This document shows, piece by piece, positions 39,518 through 52,780 of a stretch of DNA of 64,000 nt. The position numbers were made by a program, and so were the translations under genes. The notes below the pieces were generated by a model, which saw nothing but the letters and a program-made list of their open reading frames with translations, did no database searches and had not been told where the DNA came from. The DNA lies in contig NC_043024.1 of NCBI RefSeq assembly GCF_006345805.1, positions 8,246,001-8,310,000 of the forward strand, in the 5' to 3' direction. Position 1 is the stretch's first letter; each line of letters opens with the position of its first letter. The DNA is from Octopus sinensis. Its lineage: Eukaryota.

Positions 39518-40140
39518 ATTTGAGTCAATCTTGCTAAAACCAAAGTCCCAATAAGTAGGAAGGCAGACAAACCACAAATCCCTTCAGGTAGATGGCCCTG
39601 CTCGATCTGTAGAAAAGGCGTAGATAGAAACTCGATAAGATGTAGCCAGTGTAAGCTATGGGCACATAAGAGGGGCGGCAATGTCAAAGGAAGGCTAACT
39701 AGGAAGATAGTTTTTGTATGTGGCAAATGCTCTGGAGCAATAAACACTGAAAATGTGCAGAGAACAACTTCTACCACATTCCAGGGAGAAAAACTAGAAG
39801 TAGTTGATAGCTTCCGTTACCTAGGTGACTAAGTCAGTAGCGGGGCAGGATGCTCTGAAAGAATAGCTGCTAGAATAAGAATAGCTCCTTCAGAGAGCTC
39901 CTACCTCTGCTGGTGACAAAGGGCTCTCGCTCAGAGTAAAAGGTAGACTGTATGATGCATGTGTACGAACAGCCATGCTACATGGCAGTGAAACATGGGC
40001 TGTGACTGCTGAGGACATGTGTAAGCTTGCAAGGAATGAAGCTAATATGCTCCGCTGAATGTGTAATGTCAGTGTGCATACTCGACAGAGTGTAAGTGCC
40101 TTGAGAGAAAAGTTGGACCTAAGAAGCATCAGATGTGGTA
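39518..40140 (+). pseudogene. RTE-X-like LINE ORF2 fragment with PHD-type finger
   Basis: VNLAKTKV...WPCSICRKGVDRNSIRCSQCKLWAHKR...CGKC...LEVVDSFRYLGD*...KGRLYDACVRTAMLHGSETW, with stops and frameshifts. Confidence 0.8.
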
Positions 40141-40282
40141 CATGAAAAACATTTGAGCAAAAGAGTTGCAGCAAAATTTGTTCCTTGCTTGCTCACAGAA
40201 GATCAAAAAGCAATCACAACTGAACGCATGTCATGAACTGAAAGAGCAGTTAAAAGTTGACCTGGACCTTTTTTCGAAGGTC
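40141..40282 (+). pseudogene. Mariner transposase fragment
   Basis: KRVAAKFVPCLLTEDQK (frameshift) QSQLNACHELKEQLKVDLDLFSKV, the region preceding the first catalytic D. Confidence 0.65.
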
Positions 40283-41366
40283 GTAAAAAGCACCATCCGA
40301 TCGTGGCTGTTTGCCAGCCTCGTCTGGCCTCCGTGCCGGTGGCACGTAAAAAGCACCCACTACACTCTCGGAGTGGTTGGCGTTAGGAAGGGCATCCAGC
40401 TGTAGAAACACTGCCAGATCAAACTGGTGCCTGGTGCAGCCTTCTGGCTTCCCAGACCCCAGTTGAACCGTCCAACCCATGCTTGCATGGAAAACGGACG
40501 TTAAACGATGATGATGATGATGACCACTGGTGCTATGGAAATTGTCGATGTGGAAGAGATGAAGAAAAAACAACGGAGGCGCTAGAAGGCATCATTTTTA
40601 TTCATCTCTCATTGGATGGAGTACAGTTTTTGCTTCGTTCCTACGGGAACCGATCTAAGGGCGATAACTTCATATCGCCTAATAGTATCGTTGCACAGTA
40701 GAGTTTCGTTTTGGGATTTTTCTTTTACAACACTAACTGACCAGGACAGCTTCCTGCCGCTGGTTGTAGAGAGGTTGTGTGCCTCTGACAAGTCATGTAT
40801 ACCGCTAAGAGCTTTACAGATGCTAAACCAATGGGCACTCTCTGACCGGTCTTAACAAACACCATTCTAAGTGGTTAGGGCAGCGGACTCGCGGTCGTAG
40901 GATCGCGGTTTCGATTCCCAGACCGGGCGTTGTGAGTGTTTATTGAGCGAAAACACCCAAAGCTCCACGAGGCTCCGGCAGGGGATGGTGGCGATCCCTG
41001 CTGTACTCTTTCACCACAACTTTCTCTCACTCTTACTTCCTGTTTCTGTTGTACCTGTATTTTCAAAGGGGTCAGCCTTGTCACTCTCTGTGTCACGCTG
41101 AATATCCCCAAGAACTACATTAAGGGTACACGTGTCTGTGGAGTGCTCAGCCACTTACACGTTAATTTCACGAGCAGGCTGTTCCGTTGATCGGATCAAC
41201 CGGAACCCTCGTCGTCGTAACCGACGGAGTGCTTCCACATATACACACACACAAATATATATACAAATATATTAATGCTAAACTTTTTTTTAAAGTACCG
41301 GCATATATAATTTCTTATTCTGTTTTACTATATTTAATAAACTACATCGAGCAACAACAATAATAT

Positions 41367-41796
41367 CGGATCTTTTCGGTTTGACCCGCAGTTTTTTCTA
41401 GCGGTGTCATATGAAATTGTCACCCATAATTATGACCCTAGTATCGATCTATTGCATTTCAATCTGTTTTAGGGTTAGGGGAGGGGGAAGGGGAAGGGTA
41501 TCTTTTTTTCTTCACAAATGTAAATAAACCCAATCTGTTTCTTAAACGAAGGACATATTCATACGGCACAGAATGTTGGTTTTTTTTTTACCTCAATGGA
41601 CGTCATTGATTGGTTGAAATTGCAGAAATTGATGCAAAAGAACAATAAATATCTTACAAACTATAGAATTTTCTCAATAAAGCCAAGAGAAAAAGATGTT
41701 TTATAAAACACATTCTACCAGTATACGAAGTTTAAAAGTGTTTAGTTACGTGGAAATTATTTTTAAAAAACTGCCGTTCAAACCGAAAAAATCCCG
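41367..41796. mobile_element. MITE-like element, same family as 4103
   Basis: Same TIRs and body, without the insertion. Confidence 0.8.
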
Positions 41797-41889
41797 AACA
41801 ACAACAACAATAAATAATAATTTATATACATTTAACATTAAATTGTATTTAACCCCGTTTCTAATTAAATCTAAATAACCCTAATTAGA

Positions 41890-41956
41890 GGGCAGTGCCC
41901 GATTTGCAGCGTCTGCCGTAAACCGAGTCTCAGTTTCATTTTGTTCCTTAACAGAG
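41890..41956 (+). other. Candidate non-coding first exon of MMADHC
   Basis: Unique, relatively CpG-rich stretch ending in the donor-like GAG|GTTAGT at 41957, upstream of the 45686 acceptor. No independent support. Confidence 0.25.
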
Positions 41957-42313
41957 GTTAGTCGTTTTGTCCTTTTTGCCTTTCTAAAAAAATATCTTAT
42001 GTGACATTAAAATGCTTCTTAGTTGTAAAAAAATTAATGGTAGTCATAATTTGACGGTTACGTGTATATTGATGTTTAAACATTATTTTTCTTTTGTGTT
42101 TATTTAATCCACAATCACAATAGTCACAGCGGAATGATTTGTTATATAATATGTCGCAATACAAACTATCTCTTTCTATCTCTTTCTCGCATACACACAC
42201 ACATATATATGAACGTATTTAATATATATATCTATAAACAAGTTTGTATATTTATAAACATATTTATATATTTGTAAACACGTTTTATATATATATACAC
42301 ATACACAAACACA

Positions 42314-42345
<32 letters not shown>

Positions 42346-42620
42346 TCTATATATATATATACATATATATTCAAATACATACATATATATATATATATAC
42401 ATATATATACAAATACATATATATACATATATATATACACAAATACATATATATACAAATACATATATATACATATATATATATATACAAATACATATAT
42501 ATACATATACATACATATATATACATATATGTACAAATACATATATATACATATATATATACAAATACATATATATATACATACATATATATATATACAT
42601 ATACATACATATACATATAT

Positions 42621-42651
<31 letters not shown>

Positions 42652-43554
42652 CATATATATATATACATATATACATATATATATACATTGAACATGTAAA
42701 CACGCGTGTCTGTGTGGTCGCCGTGTATGTGTATATATGTAGTTTATTTGTGTAGGTATGTGGCAATTATCCCTTCCTTTCTGTCAATTAGTTTAATGTG
42801 CCTGAAATTCTAAAGTATAAACACAAAACACCATGTTTATTGATGTTTATCAAAACACCGCAGTACATGTTTAAATATCTCCTATTTATTTACATAAAAG
42901 GAGACAAATTCCAGAATACATCGACCGGACGAACAATATATAACGATAATACGACGATTAAGTTTCTTTATTGGCCACACAGGGCTGCACACAGATGGGA
43001 CAAGTTACAAGGTAGAGCTTTTCTTTTGCAGGATGAAAAAAACCCAAAAGAAACAAAAAAAAAGGTGGCGTAGGTTTTCGATCAAAAGGGATCGTAAAGG
43101 GGGGTGGGGGAAGAACAAAAAAAATTTTAAAAAGACGATTAAAAAGTTCAAAGAATATTACTCGAGTTTCACATATCAGGAGTCTTAACCCTAGTTATTC
43201 TTTTCTACTCTAGGCACAAGGGCCGAAATTTTGGGGTAAGGGGCCAGTCGATTAGATCGACCCCACTATGCAGCTGATACTTAATTTATCGACCCCGAAA
43301 GGATGAAAGGCAAAGTCGACCTCGGCGGAATTTGAACCCGGCTTGCTTGCGTTATGCAAGCTCGCCACCTTCTTAACCATAGTTATTAATAATAAAATAA
43401 TTATTAAATAGACACAAGCTTGAAGCTTGCTTTGCAAACATTTCGTTTCACGTTCAATCCCTCTGTGTTTCACCTCGGGCAACTTTACTATAGTTTTTGA
43501 ATCGTCATGGTCTTGTATGTGGATTTGGGAGACGCTAACTGAAAGGACCCGTTA

Positions 43555-44110
43555 TGTTCTGAGTTCAAATTCCGCCGAGGTCGACTTTGCCTTTCATCCT
43601 TCGGGGTTGTTCGGTTAATGATAAATTAAGACAGTTACGCCGGGAAAATCCCACTGGAGTAGATGTAATCGACTTAATACCTATGTCTGTCCTTGTTTGT
43701 CTCCTCTATGTTTAGCCCCTTGTGGGTAATAAAGAAATAGGTATTTCGTCTGCTATTACGTTCTGAGTTCAAATTCCGCCGAGGTCGTCTTTGCCTTTCA
43801 TCCTTTCGGGGTCGATAAATTAAGTACCAGTTACACACTGGGGTAGATGTAATCGACTTTAATACCTATGTCTGTCCTTGTTTGTCCCCTCTATGTTTAG
43901 CCCCTTGTGGGTAATAAAGAAATAGGTATTTCGTCTGCTATTACGTTCTGAGTTCAAATTCCGCCGAGGTCGACTTTGTCTTTCGTCCTTTCGGGGTCGA
44001 TAAATTAAGTACCAGTTACTCACTGGGGTCGATGTAATCGATTTAATACCTATGTCTGTCCTTGTTCGTCCCCTCTATGTTTAGCCCCTTGCGGGTAATA
44101 AAGAAATAGG
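43555..44110 (+). repeat. Three tandem 185-bp units of the SINE E 3' portion
   Basis: Period 43740 to 43925 = 185 bp; units are joined at a shared ggtatt. Confidence 0.85.
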
Positions 44111-45453
44111 TAACTGAAAGGACCCCATCGTCTGTGTGTGTGATCCCATCCCGCACACTGAACAACCTGTTTTCGTTTGTTTATATTTCCTTAAACTAGG
44201 AGTTTGGCAAAAAGAGGGCAACAGAGTAAGTACCAGGCTTAGAAATACTGAATACTGCGGTCGATTTGTTCGACTAAACCCTTCATTGTAGTGTCCTAGC
44301 ATGGCTGAAAACAATAGTTAAAGATAACTAACTCTATGGTATCACTAGTCATGTTAGCACGTCGGGCGAAATGCTTTGCGGTATTTCGTCTGCCGTTACG
44401 TTCTGTGTTCAAATTTCGCCGAGGTCGACTGTGCCTTTCATCCTTTCGGGGTCGATTAAATAAGTACCAGTTACGCACTGGGGTCGATATAATCGACTTA
44501 ATCTTGTCTGTCCTTGTTTGTCCTCTCTGTGCTTAGCCCCTTGTGGGTAGTAAAGAAATAGGTATCACTAGTCAATGAGGGAACCTGCAAGTGATTTGTT
44601 TGAAATCCTAGAAACAGCAGCCAGATCTTTCTCAAATCACAGCCCGAAATTATTATATGCCTGAATATACCGTAATGCAAAACTTTCTTTGATAACTCGT
44701 AACCGACATGGGGCTAAGCGGCAGCAACAATTTCATCATCCCAGATCTTATAGTTTTAATAGTGAAACTGTCTGCGATATCTTCACATTTGAAATTATAA
44801 ACTATTTAAAATATGCTTATTTTGGTCTTTAAACCACAAAAAGTGGTTGCAATGAATCCACTCACATGGCTCTGGGTTTGCATGATACCTTGGAAATGTC
44901 TTCTATATTAGGCCTAGGTTCATATGCATGCGTGTATGTATGTGGTGGCACTCCGTCGGTTACGACGATGAGGGTTCCTGGTGATCCGATCGATAGAACA
45001 TCCTGCTCGTGAAATTAACGTGCAAGTGGCTGAGCTCTCCACAGACACATGTACCCTTAACGTAGTTTTCGGGGGAGATTCAGCGTGACACAGAGTGTGA
45101 TAAGGTTGGCCCTTTGAAATACAGGTACAACAGAAACAGGAAGAGAGAGAGAGAGAGAAAGTTGTGGTGAAAGAGTACAGCAGGGTTCGCCACCACCCCC
45201 TGCCGGAGCCTCGTGGAGCTTTAGGCGTTTACGCTCAATAAACACTCACAACGCCCGGTCTGGGAATCGAAACCGCGATCCAATGACCGTGAATCCGCTG
45301 CCCTAACCACTGGGTCATTGCGCCTCCACGTATGTATGTGCGTGTGTATATGTATGTGTGTGTACATATATATAGATGCAGCACGAAGTTTTGTCAGTGA
45401 ACAGGTCGCGGTCTCAAAGGGGACAAACACAGACACACAAATATACACAGACC

Positions 45454-45485
<32 letters not shown>

Positions 45486-45724
45486 CGACGGGCTTCTTTC
45501 AGTTTCCGTCTACCAAATCTACTCAAGGCTTTGGTCGGCCCGAGGTCATAGTAGAAGACACTTGCCCAAGGTGCCACGCAGTGGGACTGAACCCAGAACT
45601 ATGTGGTTCGTAAGCAAGCTACTTACCACACAGCCACTCCTGCGCCTAATGGTAATGATTTTTCTTTTTCCTTTTTGTTTTTTAGCCAAGTTCTTTCCAT
45701 AACGCAGAATATCCTCCAGGAACC

Positions 45725-45733
45725 ATGAGTAAG
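45725..45733 (+). CDS. MMADHC: MMADHC first coding segment (MSK) at the end of a mostly 5'UTR exon 45686-45733
   Basis: Strong polypyrimidine acceptor ending TAG at 45685, accATGa context and donor AAG|GTAGGT. Phase 0 matches the next exon. As recalled, the human gene also has a 9-nt first coding segment. Confidence 0.6.
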
Positions 45734-47089
45734 GTAGGTTAATAAGGAACTCTGTTTATATTTATTTATTTCCTGTTTTGGTCTAATGAAGAATTAAAGG
45801 CTACTTGAGTGCTGTTGTATGGAATGAGATGCAAACTTTGGAACTAATAGTATGGTAGACCAGAACTCAGAAAAATACTTTCGTTTCTTCCTTTTTGTTA
45901 AAGCAATTTTTTTTTTATTCCCTTTGCATCATGACAAACATACTTTCTGAGAGTCAGAGTGAATTTAAGTGGCACTCTATCGGTTACGACGATGAGTGTT
46001 CCAGTTGATCCGATCAATGGAACAGCCTGCTCATGAAATTAATGTGCAAGTGGCTGAGTATTCCACAGACACGTGTGCCCTTAATGTAGTTCTCAGGGAG
46101 ATTCAGCATGACAGTGTGTGACAAGGCTGGCCCTTTGAAATACAAGTACAAGAGAAACAGGAAGGAAGAGTGTGAGAAAGTTGTGGTAAATGCGTATAGC
46201 ACTGTGACCGACCAGACTATCAGATGTTGCTACACATCGCTGGTCACAATGCGCTTCGCATTGTTTTAGTCTTCAAATGACGCCACCCCGCTGGCTAAGC
46301 GAGCAGGCCAATAGAAGAAAGAGTGAAAGAAAGTTGTGGTGAAAGAGTACAGCAGGGTTCGCCATCACCCCTTGCCGGAGCCTCATGGAGCTTTAAGTGT
46401 TTTTGCTCAATAAACACTCACAACGCCCGGTCTGGGAATCAAAACCGTGATCCTAAGACCACGAGTTTGCTGCCCTAACCACTGGGCCATTGCGCATCCA
46501 CAAGAGTGAATTTACTGTGTTATTATACACAGACATGGCTGTGTGATAAGAAGTTTGCTTCCTAATCACATGGCCCTGGGTTCAATTCTAGTGTGTAGAA
46601 CCTTGGGCAAGTATCTTCTTCTACTGTAACCCTGGCCCAATTAAAGCCTAGTGAGTGTAGATTTGGTAGATGGAAATTGAATGAATGCTTGTAGTATTTC
46701 ATCATCATCATCATTTAATCTCCATGACTTGGATGGTTTGACAGTGTCTGATGTGTTCAAGGACTGCATTGAGTTTCAATGTCTGCTTTGGCATAGTATT
46801 TTAGGGCTGGATGCCCTTCCTAATACCATGATCATTACCAGCATCGCTTTACTGGCACTCGTGCAGGTGGCACGTGAAAAAAAAACACTATTTGAGTGTG
46901 GCTGTTGCCAGTACCGCCTGACTGACCCCATGCTGGTGGCACGTAAAAGCACCCACTACACTCTCGGAGTGGTTGGCGTTAGGAAGGGCATCCAGCTGTA
47001 GAAACTCTGCCAGATCAAGATTGGAGCCTGGTGCAGCCATCTAGTTTGCCAGTCCTCAGTCAAATCCATGCTAGCATGGAAAGCAGATG

Positions 47090-47506
47090 TACATCAATGG
47101 AAATTGTAGTTGTGATACCAGTGCCGGTGCCACGTAAGAGAACCATCCGAACATGGCCGTTGCCAGCGCCGCCCCGACTGGCCTCCGTGCCGGTGGCACG
47201 TAAAAAGCACCATCCAATCGTGACCATTGCCAACCCCGCCTGGCCTCCATGCCGGTGGAACATAAAAAGCACCATCCGATCGTGGCCGTTGCCAGCCTCG
47301 TCTGGCACCTGTGCCGGCGGCACGTAAAAAGCACCCACTACACTTGCGGAGTGGTTGGTGTTACGAAGGGCGTCCAGCTGTAGAAACACTGCCAGATCAG
47401 ACTGGAGCCTGGTGCAGCCTCCTGGCTTCCCAGACCCCGGTCGAACCGTCCAACCCATGCTAGCATGGAAAACAGACATTAAACAATGATGATGATGATG
47501 ATGATG
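47090..47506 (+). mobile_element. Family A retroposon, long copy directly following another copy
   Basis: Runs from catcaatggaaattgtag through internal ~55-60-bp repeats to a (GAT)n tail; lies in an MMADHC intron. Confidence 0.8.
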
Positions 47507-47661
47507 AAGGTAGGCAAAGTGTTAAGGAAGGTGATGTCTTCTGATGAGGAAAAACAACAGTGGTCAGATATTCATGTTTGAGTGAGTATGCCAGAAATTG
47601 ATAATGAATAGACCCATTTTGCTAATTTTTCTTGTTTGTCATCTTTTCCAATTGTTTCCAG

Positions 47662-47767
47662 ATGAATTTTTCTCAATTAAGGAGAACCAGGTTTGATGAA
47701 CTTGTGAACCACTTCCGACAGTTTTATTATAAACCCTTGGAACAACATACAAAGACAGCTAGCTCAG
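47662..47767 (+). CDS. MMADHC: MMADHC exon (MNFSQLRRTRFDELVNHFRQFYYKPLEQHTKTASS-G), putative mitochondrial leader region
   Basis: Acceptor ttgtttccAG and donor CAG|GTACGT. Only one frame is open; 106 bp, phase 0 to 1, joining the next exon as G|GT. Confidence 0.78.
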
Positions 47768-47775
47768 GTACGTCT

Positions 47776-47777
47776 CT

Positions 47778-47824
<47 letters not shown>

Positions 47825-47937
47825 CTTCTTTCTTTCTTTCTTTCTTTCTTCTCTTTCTTTCTTTCTTTCTCTTTCTTTCTTTCTTTCTCTTTCTTTCTCT
47901 TTCTTTCTCTTTCTTTCTTTCTTTCTTTCTTTCTTTA
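47776..47937 (+). repeat. (CTTT)n microsatellite immediately after an MMADHC donor site
   Basis: Directly visible. Confidence 0.95.
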
Positions 47938-48175
47938 TCATCATTGTTTAACATCTGTTTTCCATGCTGGCATGGGTTGGATGGTTTAGGTGTTTTCGCT
48001 CAATAAACACTCACAACGCCTAGTCTGGGAATCGAAACCGCAATCCCACAACCACGAATCCGCTGCCCTAACAACTGGGCTATTGCGCTTCAACTGAGAA
48101 TTATAATGGTTAGTGATAATTGGGATGTGTGATGGTGGTGGTGGTGTTGGGGAGTGATTGATATCAACTACTCTT

Positions 48176-48682
48176 CAAGCCTCTTCTCCTTATCTCCTCA
48201 AAGACATACAGCACCTCGAAAGAGTCCAGAGGCTGGCTACCCGCATGGTTCATGGTCTCAAAAATTTGTCCTACGAAGAAAGGCTGAGGACGCTCGACCT
48301 TTATTCTCTTGAAAAACGCCGCCGCCGTGGTGATCTCATTCTCGCCCACAACATCATAAGCGGGAAGTGTAACCTCTCGAAAGAGCTGTTCTTCACTCCT
48401 GCTCCGGAGCGTCGGCTGCGGGGTCATTCCGAAAAGCTCTACCTGCGACGATTTCATCTCAATCGAAGGAGAGGAGCTTTCTCCGTCCAGGTTGCGGATC
48501 CGTGGAAAAAGCTGCCAGACGAGATGGTGAAGATGCCGACAACCACTTTGTTCAAAGCCTCCCTGGACCTCAAGTGGCCTGAACTCTTTACATGAACACC
48601 ACCCTGTACTTAACTCCATGTCCCCCTACATGGCCTTGCTATTTGCTTTTGAGCCAAATTAACTAACTAACTAACTAACTAA
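48176..48682 (+). mobile_element. CR1-type LINE 3' fragment
   Basis: KDIQHLERVQRLATRMVHGLKNLSYEERLRTLDLYSLEKRRRRGDLI...RLRGH...W.KLP, then 3'UTR and a (CTAA)n tail. Confidence 0.88.
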
Positions 48683-49799
48683 CTTTGAAATCATCATCAT
48701 CATCATTAACGTCACCTTTCTATGCTTGCATGGGTCAGATGGTAATTGTTGAGGCAGATTTTCTAATGCCAGACAACCTTTCTGTCACCGACCTTCTGTT
48801 TCTAAGCAAAATAGTTTCCCATGACCAGACGTGTTTTCCATGAAGAACTGAAAACGGCCGACACAACTTGTATGAAGGTGGTGTTCATTTATATCAATTG
48901 CCCGGTGTCAGGACAAAAGAAACACCAACACAGACATTCATACATGTGCACTCATGCACATGCTGAGATGCATACGCTTTACTCTCTTTTACTCGTTTCA
49001 GTCATGTGATTGTGGCCATGCTGGAGCACCACCTTTAGTCGAGCAAATCGACCCCAGGACTTATTCTTTGTAATCCTAGCACTTATTCCATCAGTCTCTT
49101 TTGCCAAACCGCTAAGTTACAGGGACGTAAACATACCAGCATCGGTTGTCAAGCGATGGTGGGGGGGACAAACTCAGACACACAAACATACACACACATA
49201 CATATGTATATATACATATATATGATGGGCTTCTTTCAGTTTCTGTCTACCAAATCCACTCACAAGGCTTTGGTCGGCCTGAGGCTATAGTAGAAGACAC
49301 TTGCCCAAGGTGCCACATAGTGGGACTGAACCCGGAACCATGTGGTTGGTAAGCAAGCTACTTACCACACAGCCACTCTTACATATATAATATGTATGTG
49401 TGCCAGTGCCTTGTAAAAAAACACTCATGCCAGAGCCACATAAGAGCCCTCATGCTGGTGACACATTAAAAGCACACTGCACCCACTGTAAAGTGGTTGG
49501 TAGTAGGAAGTACAGTAGAAACCAAGCTAAATCAGACTAGAACTTGGGGCTGCTTCCTGGTTTGCCAGCTCTGATAAAACCGTCCAATTTATGCCAGCAT
49601 GGAAAACAGACATTAAAGGAGGAGGCGACGGCGGTGGCGTTCTACTTTTGAATTCGTTATCCTAAATCCACTCATAAGGCCTTGGTTGCCCTAGGGCTAT
49701 CTTAAAAAACACTAGGCCAAATCTCAACATGGTGTGGCTGAGCCTGAAATCACATATAGCGGGAAAGCAAACTTTTGAAGCACATAGATTTGCCTGTGC

Positions 49800-49835
<36 letters not shown>

Positions 49836-49919
49836 GAGTCAGACGCCATGATAGATTGTTAGCCACTACACACATTTTTTTTTTCTCCCCTTGTTTCTCT
49901 CCTTGTTTTTTCTGTGTTC

Positions 49920-49955
49920 CTTTCTGTAGAAGAGCGTAGGCTCGAAACGTAAAAG
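49920..49955 (+). ncRNA. Minimal hammerhead-like motif inside an MMADHC intron (sense strand)
   Basis: cttt-CTGTAGA-A-gagc gtag gctc-GAAA-cg-TA-aaag. Confidence 0.5.
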
Positions 49956-51170
49956 ACTTTTTCTATTCCTGAGCGTTATACTAATACATCTGTTTGTTTT
50001 GTACACCACCTGTCTTCGTCTTTTGTTTTTTTTTCGTAAACTTTCCCTATTTATATATATACATATATATATATGCATGACAGTGTTATATCCGCCTGAC
50101 TGGCGTCTGTGTCGGTGACACGTAAAAAGCACCAACCGATCGTGGCCGTTTGCCAGCCTCCTCTGGCCCCTGTGCCGGTGGCACGTAAAAAGCACCCAAT
50201 ACACTCACTGAGTAGTTGGCATTAGGAAGGGCATTCAGTTGTAGAAACAGGGCCAGCCTTGTCACATTCTGTGTCACGCTGAATCTCCTTGCGAACTACG
50301 TTAAGGGTACACGTGTCTGTGGAATGCTCAGCCACATGCACGTTAATTTCATGGGCAAGCTGTTCCGTTGATCGTATCAGCTGTGACCCTTCTCATCGTA
50401 ACCAACGGAGTGCTCTTATATATTGTTTCCTTCTTGGGACACAAAACTCTACTTGTGAAGACCTGTTGAGGCAAGTGAGAATCAGAATCAAAATCGAAAT
50501 TGATCAACATCAATGGAAATTGTAGCTGTGATACCAGTGTCGGAGGCACGTAAAAAGCACCATCCAGTCGTGGCCGTTGCCAGCCTCACCTGGCCCCCAT
50601 GCCAGTGACACATAAAAAGCACCATCCGATCGTGGCCGTTGCCAGTCTCGCCTGGCCCCCGTGCTGGTGGCACATAAAAAGCACCATCCGACCGTGGCCA
50701 TTTGCCAGTCCCATCTGGCACGTAAAAAGCACCCACTACACTCACGGAGTGGTTGGCGTTAGGAAGGGCATCCAGCCGTAGAAACATTGCCAGATCAGAC
50801 TGGGCCTGGTGCAGCCTTCTGGCTTCCCAGACCCCAGTTGAACCGTCCAACCCATGCTAGCATGGAAAGCGGACACTAAATGATGATGATGATGCATATA
50901 TGACACATGAAGGTGTGTGGCTTAGGGTATTTGTCTCGAGGTCACAAGTTTGATTCCACACACGCACACACAACAGGCTTCCACAGTTTCCCAAATTCAC
51001 TCACGTGGCATTGGTCGTCCTTGTGTCATAGAAGACACTTGCCCAAGGTGCCCTGCAGTGAGACCGAATCTGGAACCACGTGGTTGGGAAGCAAACTTGT
51101 TAACCAAACGCTACGCCTGGGTCGGGGTGTGGTTTTTCTTTTGTAATTTGTTGTATTTTTTGTGTTTCAG

Positions 51171-51379
51171 GTTTAAAACAGTTTAACTGGACGGATCCAA
51201 ATAATGGCATTTATCCAATTAATAGATCGTTTCCTTTGCCTGGTAACACTGGACTCTCGGAAAGTTATTTAAAGAAGTTTAATAATGCCGTAGCTGCCAC
51301 TATTACTACTACTACTCCAGCCCCCGTGACAAATGCTTCAAGTGTCCCTCGAACAGTTATAACGGAATACAAGTATCTG
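51171..51379 (+). CDS. MMADHC: MMADHC exon (LKQFNWTDPNNGIYPINRSFPLPGNTG...TVITEYKYL)
   Basis: Acceptor tgtgtttcAG and donor CTG|GTAAGA; 209 bp, phase 1 to 0. The W.D...G....F.LPGN.G pattern matches recalled human [23 protein letters not shown]. Confidence 0.88.
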
Positions 51380-51435
51380 GTAAGAGTTATTGTTTCTTCC
51401 CTTCTGTTCTCTTTTTACCTGGTTTTCTTTAGTGT

Positions 51436-52036
51436 GGCGTTTGCCAGCCTCGCCTGGCCCCCGTGCCGGTGGTACATAAAAAGCACCATCCGATCGTGGC
51501 CGTTGCCAGCGCCGCCCTGACTAGCCTCCATGCCGGTGGCACGTAAAAAGCACCATCCGATCGTGGCTGTTGCCAGCCTCGCCTGGACCCCATGCCGGTG
51601 GCGCGTAAAAAGCACCATCCGATCGTGGCTGTTGCCAGCCTCGCCTGGACCCCATGCCGGTGGCACGTAAAAAGCACCATCCGATCGTGGCTGTTGCCAG
51701 CCTCGCCTGGACCCCATGCTGGTGGCACGTAAAAAGCACCATCCGATCGTGGCCATTGCCAGCGCCGCCCTAACTAGCCTCCATGCCGGTGGCACGTAAA
51801 AAGCACCATCCGATCGTGGCTGTTGCCAGCCCCGTCTGGCAGCTGTGCCGGTGGCACATAAAAAGCACCCACTACACTCACGGAGTGGTTGGCGTTAGGA
51901 AGGGCATCCAGCCGTAGAAACATTACCAGATCAGACTGGAGCCTGGTGCAGCCTTCTGGCTTCCCAGACCCCAGTTGAACCGTCCAACCCATGCCAGCAT
52001 GGAAAGCGGACACTAAACGATGATGATGATGATGAT
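51436..52036 (+). mobile_element. Family A retroposon with an expanded internal minisatellite
   Basis: About 7 tandem units containing gccggtggcacgtaaaaagcaccatccgatcgtggc. Confidence 0.8.
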
Positions 52037-52561
52037 GGCTCTGGGAGTTAAGACGTTTGCTTCCTAACCACACGGTTTCATGTTCAGTCCTACTGTATGG
52101 CACCTTGGGCACATGTCTTCTACTATAGACCCAGGCTTGTGAGTGAAAGCATGTGCATAAGTGTGTAGCTCTGTGTGTGTGTGTGGCTTAATGGTTAGGG
52201 TATTAGCTCGTGATTGTAAGGCCGTGAGTTCAATTCCCAGTGACACATTGTGTCCTTGAGCAAGGGGCTTTATTTCACATTGCTCCAGTCCACTCAGCTG
52301 GAAAACGTGAGTTATACCCGTAATCCGAAGGGCCAGTCCTTTCACATTCTTATTTCTTTATTTCCCACAAGGGGCTAAACAAGGAGGGGACAAACAAGGA
52401 CAGACAAAGGGATTAAGTCGATGCATGATTAATTCAAAACAATGGAAATAATTAAGCGTTGTATTTAATAAAGGAATTTAAATTTAAATCCTAAAGGATT
52501 AATGGAAGTCCATATTTATTGACTTCTATTTTCATTTTTATTCTTATTTTCTGCTTCACAG

Positions 52562-52649
52562 AAGGAAGACACTGGGCGTGCTGCGGGTTTCCAAGACAGC
52601 GACATTTTAGAATGTATTGTTCAGTCATGTCCGGAAACATTGAAAAAAT
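52562..52649 (+). CDS. MMADHC: MMADHC exon (KEDTGRAAGFQDSDILECIVQSCPETLKK-S)
   Basis: Acceptor cttcacAG and donor T|GTAAGG; 88 bp, phase 0 to 1. LECIVQSCPETL matches recalled human VECAIQTCPELL. Confidence 0.88.
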
Positions 52650-52780
52650 GTAAGGAAGACATTCGTTAATTATTGGAACCCATAACTGTTTTCTTCTTTC
52701 TTGTTTTGTTTCATTGGAGCTGGCGGTGTTTTTCCTTATGTTCACAAAAAATTTCAAGTAATACAAATCATTTTCATTCT

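Noticed and set aside
40560-40860. Unique CpG-containing stretch with 60-79 aa ORFs
   Set aside because: No recognisable protein motif or convincing splice-site pair; left unassigned.
43155-43180. GAAA-CTCGAG-TA palindrome on the minus strand as a ribozyme
   Set aside because: The upstream core and stem II are truncated (CTGATAT-GT) and stem I does not pair.
39-52112. Recurrent ORFs such as MDGSTGVWEAR..., MLGGQTQT..., MHNFSCVDGG...
   Set aside because: They are incidental frames in SINE, family A and Helitron repeats; frames are not conserved between copies.
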